DNA of 64,000 nucleotides. Origin: Vicinamibacterales bacterium (GTDB lineage: Bacteria > Acidobacteriota > Vicinamibacteria > Vicinamibacterales > CAVVIG01). The DNA lies in NCBI GenBank assembly GCA_036497895.1, contig DASXIR010000365.1, forward strand, positions 10,522-74,521. The letters are read 5' to 3'. Under the pieces are notes generated by a model. That model made no database searches and was not told where the DNA came from. It saw nothing but the letters and a program-made list of their open reading frames with translations. This document shows positions 17,789-26,397 of the stretch, piece by piece; position 1 is the stretch's first letter, and the number at the start of each line of letters is the position of its first letter. Position numbers and translations under genes: made by a program.

Positions 17789-19387
17789 TCACTTGACTAG
17801 AACGGCGCACGAGGCTTGGAGCGCGCCGGATGCGATCAGCCGGGCGATCAGCTCGATGTCAGGAGCCGGCGAGCGGTCGTGGTCGAGCGTCGGCACCGAC
17901 GATCGCACGAGCGCGTGGACGCCGGCGAGCGGCGGCGAGGTCTGCAGCGGCGCGAGCAGGTCGATGGCCTGGCACGCGCAGAGAATTTCGATCGCCACGA
18001 CTTCGCGGGCGCGCGACACCGAGCAGTCCGCCTTCAGTGCGGCGGTCATGCTCATGCTGACGTGATCTTCCTTGTTCGCCGAAGTCGGAATGGTGTCGAC
18101 GCCGGCCGGATGGGCCAGCGATTTCATCTCGGAGGCGATCGCCGCGGCGGTGACCTGCGCCATCATCAGGCCCGACTGCAAGCCGCCATCGCGGGTGAGA
18201 AAAGCCGGCAGCCCGCTGAGCGTCGGATCGACCAGCCGATCGGTACGGCGTTCGCTGATGGTCGCCAGCGGGACAATCGCCGCGGCCAGGAGATCGGCGG
18301 CGATGGCGATCGGCGCGCCGTGGAAGTTGCCGCCGGACACGATGTCGCCGCTGTCGGCGAACACCATCGGGTTGTCGGTCGCGCTGTTGATCTCGACCTC
18401 GAGCGTCTCGCGGACGAACCTCAACGCTTCGCGGACCGCACCGTGCACCTGGGCTGCGCAGCGGAGTGAATAGGCGTCCTGGACCTTGCCGCAGTGCTCG
18501 TGCGAGTGGTTGATGCCGCTGTTGCGCATCAGCGCTTCGATGTTGCTCGCTGAGAGTCGTTGCCCGGCGAACGGCCGTGCCGCGTGAATGCGCGCCTCGA
18601 ACGGGTGGATTGATCCGCGCAGGGCGTCGATTGAGAGCGCGGCAGCGATATCGGCGGCTCGCGCCACCTGATCGGCGCCAGCCAGCGCCAGCGCGAGGAC
18701 CGCGGTCGAGGGTTGCGTGCCGTTGATGAGCGCGAGCCCTTCCTTGGGTCCGAGCCGCACCGGCGTCAGCCGCGCCTTGCTCAATGCCTCGGATCCTGAA
18801 ATGCACGACGTCGAACCCGGAACCCACGGAGTTCGACGCGCCTCGCCACCACTCTCTCCACGCCCTTCTCGATGCGAGTCCTCGTCGCTCTCAGCATCGG
18901 GCAGGGCCTCGCCCTCGCCGATGAGGACCAGCGCCAGATGGGCCAGTGGTGCGAGGTCGCAGCTCGCGCCCACTGATCCGCGTGACGGCACGCGTGGGTG
19001 AACGCCGGCGTTGAGCAGGGCGATCAGTGCCTCCAGTGTGGCGACACTGATCCCCGAGAACCCCTTGGCGAGGACGTTGGCGCGCAGCGCCATGGTCGCG
19101 CGCACGGTGCGCGCCGGCAGCGCGTCGCCGAGTCCGGCAGCGTGGCTGCGCAACAGATTTAGCTGCAGTGTTTCGAGCGCGTCCGGCGCGATCTTGACAT
19201 CAGCGAACGAACCAAAGCCGGTGTTGATGCCGTAGGCCGGTTCGTCGCCTCCGGCCCGTTGCTCGACCACCCTCCGCGCGGCGGCCACGCGATCGCGAGC
19301 AGCGGCGGTGAGCGCGACCGGCTCACGGCGGTCGGCGATCGCCAGCAACTGTTCGAGCGTCAAAGTGGCGCCGTCTAGGAGAATCAT
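17789..19387 (-). CDS. hutH: Histidine ammonia-lyase homolog (atypical MIO motif and an insertion)
   Basis: 532 aa, HAL-like throughout (YGINTGFG, NGTQ, QDAYSLRC, SGGNFHG, SANKEDHVSM). The MIO triad reads ASC (GSVGASCDLAPL) and there is an extra ~28 aa after LIGEGEA. Confidence 0.85.
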   Translation of the reverse strand: MILLDGATLTLEQLLAIADRREPVALTAAARDRVAAARRVVEQRAGGDEPAYGINTGFGSFADVKIAPDALETLQLNLLRSHAAGLGDALPARTVRATMALRANVLAKGFSGISVATLEALIALLNAGVHPRVPSRGSVGASCDLAPLAHLALVLIGEGEALPDAESDEDSHREGRGESGGEARRTPWVPGSTSCISGSEALSKARLTPVRLGPKEGLALINGTQPSTAVLALALAGADQVARAADIAAALSIDALRGSIHPFEARIHAARPFAGQRLSASNIEALMRNSGINHSHEHCGKVQDAYSLRCAAQVHGAVREALRFVRETLEVEINSATDNPMVFADSGDIVSGGNFHGAPIAIAADLLAAAIVPLATISERRTDRLVDPTLSGLPAFLTRDGGLQSGLMMAQVTAAAIASEMKSLAHPAGVDTIPTSANKEDHVSMSMTAALKADCSVSRAREVVAIEILCACQAIDLLAPLQTSPPLAGVHALVRSSVPTLDHDRSPAPDIELIARLIASGALQASCAVLVK

Positions 19388-19410
19388 GAACCGAAGTAGA
19401 ATCTTAATCC

Positions 19411-20687
<1,277 letters not shown>

Positions 20688-20691
<4 letters not shown>

Positions 20692-21323
20692 TCCGGCGTG
20701 CGATTGCGCACGCAGTAGGAATCGACCGCTGACGTATCGGCGTCGATGAAGGCAATGCCCGACCGGTACACCGGCGCGCCTGACCGGGAGACCTCGAACT
20801 TGGTCCAGGCAACCGACGCCTGGAATTTGGCGTTGGTCACGTCATCGACCAGGCCAGCCGCCACCAGTTGATTCGGTCTCAGCATCGCCGGCGACAGCAC
20901 CTGTGCGCCGACAGTAGAGAGGTCAACCAGCGGCGACGTCTTCCCTTCCACGATCATGTGCGCGTGCGCAGCCATCCTGAAGCGCGGCGCCCGCCTGGTG
21001 CCGCGCTGGTCGATGGATTGCGGCAGCGGCGCGAGCGGTACCACCCGGCTGAATCCACTGTCGTGCGCGAACACGCGAATCTCCGCCTCGCGCAGCGACT
21101 GGTCGGCTTTGATTCGGTTGATGAGGGCGGTGCCGCGCGGGCTGACCGAGAAGAGCCGCTCGAGCACGATCACTCCCGGTCGCCGCTTCGCGATGGTGTC
21201 GAGCGCCCTCAGCGCTTCGTGATCAGAGAAAATGATCAGCTCGCCGCTCAATTCGCCGGCGCGCTCCTGCAGCGCCGGCAGCAGCTCGGCGGCACCAATC
21301 AGGACGGTACAGGGCTCGGACAC
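20688..21323 (-). CDS. PilZ-domain protein with a degenerate N-terminal receiver-like domain
   Basis: The C-terminal half carries PilZ c-di-GMP motifs RxxxR (TRRAPRFR) and DxSxxG (DLSTVGAQV). The N-terminal half looks like a receiver, but the phospho-acceptor position reads VIVLERLF (Glu, not Asp). Confidence 0.65.
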
Positions 21324-21358
21324 AACCGCTCAATCTGCGAACGTGGTCGGGAAATGAG

Positions 21359-22132
21359 TTAGAAGATCCGCGCGTCCTGCAGCGGCCACCAGCGGACCTT
21401 CACCTTGCCGACGATGTACTTCTTCGGCACCGGTCCCCAGTGACGGCTGTCGGAGCTGTTGTTGCGATGATCGCCCATCACGAAGTAGTAGCCCTGCTGC
21501 ACCACCTGCGGGCCCCAATCGTCGTGGCTGCGGAATTCGGCGGAGACGTAGTCGTCGTGCAGCGGAATGTCGTTCACGGTGACGTGGCCGTCCACGATCC
21601 GCACGGTATCGCCTTCTTTCGCGATCACCCGCTTCACGAACATCTTCTCGGGATTCAGCGGGTAGTAGAGCATGACGATGTCGCCCGGCCGCGGCTCGCC
21701 GATCTCGTAGACCAGCTTGTTGACGATGAGCCGGTCGTGATCCTCGAGCGTCGGCGCCATGCTCAAGCCATCGACGCGCGCAACCTGAAAGCCGAACGTC
21801 ACGATCAGCACCGCGTACATGACCGCGACCGACAGCGACTGCAGGCCGGCCAGAATCTCCCGGCCCATCCATTTCCATTTCGCGAGCGCGTCGGGAGGCG
21901 GATCAGGTGCGACCGGGCCGTCGCCGATCGGTGGAGGTGTCAGCTGGAACGCATCGCCGGCCAGCTGCGGGTCTGAGGTCGCCGACTCGGATTCGAGTGG
22001 AGTCACCGTTTGCCAGAATAACACGGACGGACCGTGCTCTGGTACTGGAGCCGGGTCGGTGCTATACTCGGATCCTCTCCTCGCTTTGCGGCGGGTCCCC
22101 AGCCTCCGCGACCAAGGTTTCTGAACGGCCAT
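21359..22132 (-). CDS. lepB: Signal peptidase I
   Basis: It has S26 motifs GLSMAPTL, KRVIAKEGD and GDHRNNSSDSRHWGPV. The exact start is uncertain. Confidence 0.85.
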   Translation of the reverse strand: MAVQKPWSRRLGTRRKARRGSEYSTDPAPVPEHGPSVLFWQTVTPLESESATSDPQLAGDAFQLTPPPIGDGPVAPDPPPDALAKWKWMGREILAGLQSLSVAVMYAVLIVTFGFQVARVDGLSMAPTLEDHDRLIVNKLVYEIGEPRPGDIVMLYYPLNPEKMFVKRVIAKEGDTVRIVDGHVTVNDIPLHDDYVSAEFRSHDDWGPQVVQQGYYFVMGDHRNNSSDSRHWGPVPKKYIVGKVKVRWWPLQDARIF

Positions 22133-22155
22133 TCCCGTCTACGGAGGACGTATTG

Positions 22156-22821
22156 ATGATGCGCTTGTCCCGCCTTGCAATGATTGCTCTTGTGATGTTG
22201 TCGTGCGCCCGCGCCGTATCCGCGCAGACGCCCGCCGCCGCGACCACCGAGGACCCGCCGTTCTATGGAGAGTTCGGCGGCGGCCCGACGTTTGGCCATC
22301 ATTCGTCCGGCTACTACGGCGGTGAAGTGGGCTACCGGGTCTGGAACAATCTCAGCGTGGCGGTCGAAGTCGGACACATGGGCAATATCGGAAGCCAGGA
22401 CCTGGATGATCGCGCCGCGATCATTGCGAGCAGCGTCGGTGCCACGTTCGCCGCGGCGTATCAGGTGACCTATTACGACTTCGGCGTTCGATACGCCTTC
22501 AACATGCCCGACCACTGGATCAAGCCCTACGCGTCGGTCGGGTTCGGCGCGGCCCACGTCACCGCGGTGACCGGCTTCAGCGTCAACGGCACGCCGGTCA
22601 CGCCGGAGTCCATCGGCATCACCACGGGCAACGACCTCAACGGGACTGAAACCAAGGGTTTCATCATGATCGGCGGCGGCGCCACCGCGAAGTTCAAGGA
22701 GCGATATTTCGGCGACTTGAGCTTCCGTTACGGGCGCATTCTGCCTGATACCGCCGCCATCGACGGCGACACGGGTGTGAACACACTACGCCTGGAGTTC
22801 CAGGTCGGCGTCCGTTTCTAA
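22156..22821 (+). CDS. Outer-membrane beta-barrel protein (OmpW/OmpA-N-like porin family)
   Basis: Trimmed to MMRLSRLAMIALVMLSCARAVSAQ (signal peptide). It has alternating beta-strand patterning and a C-terminal ..RLEFQVGVRF ending in Phe, typical of OMPs. Confidence 0.7.
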   Translation: MMRLSRLAMIALVMLSCARAVSAQTPAAATTEDPPFYGEFGGGPTFGHHSSGYYGGEVGYRVWNNLSVAVEVGHMGNIGSQDLDDRAAIIASSVGATFAAAYQVTYYDFGVRYAFNMPDHWIKPYASVGFGAAHVTAVTGFSVNGTPVTPESIGITTGNDLNGTETKGFIMIGGGATAKFKERYFGDLSFRYGRILPDTAAIDGDTGVNTLRLEFQVGVRF

Positions 22822-23507
22822 GGCTTACCGGCGGGCCGGGCATCCAGCCGGCTCGTCACCCCCTCGCGCGCGCGTTCCTCCACCAGTTCCGCCTGCACGA
22901 TGAACCGCTTCGGTGCGTGCCCCACAAACTCGAACGGATAGCAGGTCACCAGTGTCAGTGTTGGATCCCGGGTTGGATCCAGTACGTAGACATCGTCTGG
23001 CCCGACGATCGAGGTCTTGCTGATCCGATAGCGATAGACGCGATCGGCGGTCGTGAGCGAGAGCGGGTCGCCGACATGGACGCGGCGGAGCGGTCGAAAG
23101 ATGGTGTCGCGATGCCCGGCGATGCCGATGTTGCCGCCTTGTCCGGGCAGCGGCGTATCTTCGATGTGTCCCGCGCCGCGGCTCAGGGTACCGTCGTCAC
23201 TACCTTCGAGCAGCGTCGCTGACAGCTGGACCGAGGGCGCCTCGAGGCGTCCCAGAAGCGTCCCCGGAGCAGGCGCGGCGGCAGAGGCTGAAGGCCGGGC
23301 GGAGCCGCCGCTCTCGTCTCCTGGCAATGGCCGCGCGCCGTCAGGCAAGGTCTGGGTCACGACCACCGGCGCCGATTCGGGCGCCGGAATCGCGACCTGA
23401 TTGACGAAACGTGCTTCGGTCAGGACCACTGCACACCACACCGCGAGCACGACGCCCCCTGCGATCAATCCACGTTCGACCCAGCGCATCCATCCGCTTT
23501 TCGTCAT
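22818..23507 (-). CDS. Sortase-family transpeptidase (single N-terminal TM anchor)
   Basis: Trimmed to MTKSGWMRWVERGLIAGGVVLAVWCAVVL. It has the catalytic motifs NIGIAGHRDT (His), LTLVTCYP (Cys) and APKRFIVQAEL (Arg). Its ATG overlaps the stop of the VWA gene (ATGA). Confidence 0.85.
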   Translation of the reverse strand: MTKSGWMRWVERGLIAGGVVLAVWCAVVLTEARFVNQVAIPAPESAPVVVTQTLPDGARPLPGDESGGSARPSASAAAPAPGTLLGRLEAPSVQLSATLLEGSDDGTLSRGAGHIEDTPLPGQGGNIGIAGHRDTIFRPLRRVHVGDPLSLTTADRVYRYRISKTSIVGPDDVYVLDPTRDPTLTLVTCYPFEFVGHAPKRFIVQAELVEERAREGVTSRLDARPAGKP

Positions 23508-24430
23508 GGCTGCACCGGAGCTTTTGCGGCGAAGTAACCAGGCCGCGTCCGGAGTGTGAGTGGGCGCGAGTCCGGTTGGATCGCGACGCGCACACGGTGG
23601 AAGGCGCCATCCTTGTCCGGGGGCACGTAACCGATGGTGTAGCCGCTGCGAATCTCGTGAGCAATCTGCACGCACGCGCGCAGCAGTTCGCCAGGCGACT
23701 GCGGCAGAAAGCGGAGCGCCCCGGTGGCTTCGGCCAGTGACTTGAGCACGCCAGGATTCCGGTCGTCGTCGTCGCGATCGAAGACGCCGACGGTGTAGAT
23801 CGCCGCGTTCGATCGACGCGCGCGCGCCAGCACGTCGGCAAGTTTTGCCTGGCTGGCGTTGTCGCCGCCGTCGCTGATGACGACGAGCGCCTTGCGGGCG
23901 CGGGTTGCGGAGCCGAGGCGCTCGAGCGCCTCGAGCAGCGCATCGTAGAGCGCAGTCTGGCCGTCCGGCTTCAGTGTTCCGATCGCGGCTGCAATCGCCT
24001 CGGCATCTTCGGCGAGCAGGAACTTCCGCCCGGGAACTGCATCATCCACATCGTCGTTGAAGCGAAGCGCGAACAGTTCGTCCTCTGGATTGCTCGACCG
24101 CGCAAAGGCCAGCGCCGCCGCCTGCACCTCGCCCATTTTGTTGCGCATGCTGCTGCTGGCGTCGATCACGAGACCGACGGTCGCCGGCGAATCCTGATTG
24201 GTGAAAATCTCGATCGGCACCGGCCGCCCGTTGTCGAACACGCTGAAGCGCTCGCGTGCGACATCGGGAACGAATACACCCCGGTGGTCGGTGACTATGA
24301 CGGGCAGCACCACCAGTTCGCTGGATGTCGCTCGAAAGCTCGGTTCCTGCGCAGGCGCAGCCAGGACGATGAGCGCGGCGACTGCGCTCACCAGTCCTGC
24401 CAGCACGATGCGAGTGAATGTGCTCACCAC
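23504..24430 (-). CDS. VWA-domain protein (acidobacterial VWFA-type, name from memory), N-terminally anchored
   Basis: 308 aa with an N-terminal hydrophobic anchor. MIDAS-like elements are GLVIDASSSM, DGQTALYDAL and VVISDGGDNAS. There is no C-terminal sorting signal. Confidence 0.85.
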   Translation of the reverse strand: MVSTFTRIVLAGLVSAVAALIVLAAPAQEPSFRATSSELVVLPVIVTDHRGVFVPDVARERFSVFDNGRPVPIEIFTNQDSPATVGLVIDASSSMRNKMGEVQAAALAFARSSNPEDELFALRFNDDVDDAVPGRKFLLAEDAEAIAAAIGTLKPDGQTALYDALLEALERLGSATRARKALVVISDGGDNASQAKLADVLARARRSNAAIYTVGVFDRDDDDRNPGVLKSLAEATGALRFLPQSPGELLRACVQIAHEIRSGYTIGYVPPDKDGAFHRVRVAIQPDSRPLTLRTRPGYFAAKAPVQP

Positions 24431-24441
24431 CTACGGCTTGC

Positions 24442-25164
24442 CTAGAGTGCCGACGAACGCGTCCGAGCCTGACGCAGAGCCAGCCCGCCCGCGAGCGAGA
24501 GTCCGGCGATCAGCTCGAAGAGCGAGAGGTTGCTGCCCGTACGCGGCAGGTGTTTCCGCGTCGGCGTCATCGGCGCGTTGGTGGTTTCTGCGCGCGCCAT
24601 CGTGGACTCCGGCGCTCGATCGGCGGCTGTCGACCCGTTGACAGCGACCTTCTGGTCCGAGCTCTGCCACTCGCCGTTCTCGTCGAAGTACCCGACCGTG
24701 GCCGTCTTCATCGAATTATCCGCAGTGGTCATCTCGCTGTTGGTTGCGAGCACGCGCTGATGCGTTTCCCTGGCGATGCGCATCGCCTGGGTCTTCGGAT
24801 AGATGAACTCGTTGCCGGTGTGCTCACCTGGGTAATACCACACCTTGATTGCTTGGGGTGATCCGGCCGGCCGCTCCGAGAACATCACCACCGGCTTGTC
24901 GGTGACTTCCATGCGCTGATTCGGCACCGCCATCAGCGTCGCGATGAGCGTCTTCTCGCTCTTGTCGAACACGCGCACGATGTGGCGGTCCGACGTATCG
25001 GCGAGCTTGAAGACGTAGGTGCCAGCGGGAAGGGTCCTGCCGGGGATCTGCACCGCGCCGCTGAACGTCAGAATCGTTTTCTTGTCGTAGTCATCGGCGC
25101 GCGCACCGGGAGCAAACATCACGGTCAACACCGCCGCACAACAGATGGTTTTCAATACATGCAT
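24442..25164 (-). CDS. Secreted protein with C-terminal LPXTG-type cell-wall sorting signal (predicted sortase substrate)
   Basis: 240 aa with signal peptide ..MFAPGARA. The C-terminus reads LPRTG, then hydrophobic SNLSLFELIAGLSLAGGLAL, then the basic tail RQARTRSSAL. A strong SD (GGAGGAGGA) lies upstream. Confidence 0.75.
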   Translation of the reverse strand: MHVLKTICCAAVLTVMFAPGARADDYDKKTILTFSGAVQIPGRTLPAGTYVFKLADTSDRHIVRVFDKSEKTLIATLMAVPNQRMEVTDKPVVMFSERPAGSPQAIKVWYYPGEHTGNEFIYPKTQAMRIARETHQRVLATNSEMTTADNSMKTATVGYFDENGEWQSSDQKVAVNGSTAADRAPESTMARAETTNAPMTPTRKHLPRTGSNLSLFELIAGLSLAGGLALRQARTRSSAL

Positions 25165-25249
25165 GAGTTGTCCTCCTCCTAATTCCTGGGGCTAGACTTG
25201 TGCACGTTGCGTACCGTGGCAATCACAGCAGTTGGTGTCGGCAGCTACG

Positions 25250-25283
25250 CAAAAAGAGAAAGGGCCGACCCAGTGGTCGGCCC
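25250..25283 (-). terminator. Rho-independent terminator downstream of the SYLF-like gene
   Basis: A 9-bp GC stem (GGGCCGACC / GGTCGGCCC) with a 4-nt loop is followed on the minus strand by TTTCTCTTTTT. Confidence 0.7.
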
Positions 25284-25314
25284 TTTCTGAGGAATGACAG
25301 GAGCGAATGTCGAG

Positions 25315-25986
25315 CTACGAGCGATGAAGAGCCGTCATGAACGGCTCGGCGACCGCCGGCACCTTTGTGGTGCCAAGCATCACGATATCGCGCGGCGGCG
25401 TCGCGCCGTAGAGATCGGCGTTGTCGTCGGTGTCGGACTTGATGACGCCACCCGACAAGTCAATCCCGGCGAAGATGCCCTGCGTGCGCGAGTACGAGAG
25501 GATCTCCGCCTTCATCTGTGCGTCTGTCGCGGCGCGGGCATCGCGGCCGACCGGGCCCGCCGCAACCGAGGCCTCGACACCGAGCGAGACCTTGTTCCGG
25601 AGCAATTTCTCCATACCGCTCTTGTTGTTCACGAGCAGCACGAGGTCAATCGACTGCGCACCGATCTGAAGTCCCCAGCTGCCTTTGCCCACATCCATGA
25701 AGATCGGCGCCGTCCAGGCGCCCTCATGACGACAGCTCATCACACCCTTGCCGTACTCGCCGCCGACGATGAAGGCCGCTTTCTTCAGGCTGGGAATGAC
25801 CATGACGCACTGGGCGTTATCCCACAACTGTTGTGGAATGTCCTTGTCGGGCACGCCGTGAATTTCGCGCAGCACCTGGGCCGCCTCGCTGATGCGATGG
25901 GCATGTTCGCTCGCGTCCTTGGCCTGCAACACCGCCCCGGTGAGACCGGTAATAATGACCGCCATTGCTCCAGCTACAACCCGCAT
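25315..25986 (-). CDS. SYLF/Ysc84-like (DUF500) lipid-binding domain protein, secreted
   Basis: Trimmed to Met113 of ORF 25315..26322 (MRVVAGAMAVIITGLTGAVLQA), with a GGGAGGG SD upstream. The body reads ..CVMVIPSLKKAAFIVGGEYGKGVMSCR...GLQIGAQSIDLVLLV...YSRTQGIFAGIDLSGGVI. Confidence 0.75.
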   Translation of the reverse strand: MRVVAGAMAVIITGLTGAVLQAKDASEHAHRISEAAQVLREIHGVPDKDIPQQLWDNAQCVMVIPSLKKAAFIVGGEYGKGVMSCRHEGAWTAPIFMDVGKGSWGLQIGAQSIDLVLLVNNKSGMEKLLRNKVSLGVEASVAAGPVGRDARAATDAQMKAEILSYSRTQGIFAGIDLSGGVIKSDTDDNADLYGATPPRDIVMLGTTKVPAVAEPFMTALHRS

Positions 25987-26140
25987 GTTTAACCCTCCCT
26001 GACGTTTCCACCGCTCACTCGACTCAATAGCAAGAACGTTACCACCATCACGGCGTGAGACGTTATCTGGCGTTTCTCTTGCGTTCGGTGATGCACGGGC
26101 GGACATTTGCTGCCGCCGCAGCGACAAGGAGGTAGAACAG

Positions 26141-26341
26141 ATGGCCAAGTACGGCAAGAAAGCACAGAGCAAGGTCAAGCGTGCCATGGAAGAGCGGAAG
26201 AGCGGCACCCTCAAATCCGGCCGATCCGGAAAGAAGGTGACCAGCCGGAAGCAGGCGATCGCCATTGGTCTCAGCGAGGCCCGCCGAGAGGGTGGAAAAG
26301 TGCCAGCGAAGCGGTCCACCAAGCGCTCGTCGAAGCGCTGA
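26141..26341 (+). CDS. Small highly basic protein (DUF6496-like, name from memory)
   Basis: 66 aa (MAKYGKKAQSKVKRAMEERKSGTLKSGRSGKKVTSRKQAIAIGLSEARREGGKVP..), with AGGAGG 7 nt upstream of the ATG. Confidence 0.6.
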   Translation: MAKYGKKAQSKVKRAMEERKSGTLKSGRSGKKVTSRKQAIAIGLSEARREGGKVPAKRSTKRSSKR

Positions 26342-26397
26342 CGAACATCGATCCTCCTCGTCTCGTCTTACCGTAAGATTCCACAGAGGAGCTTCCG

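Noticed and set aside
18812-18901. The HutH insertion considered as an intein or mobile insertion.
   Set aside because: It is only about 28 aa and has no intein splicing motifs or terminal repeats. It is more likely a surface-loop expansion.
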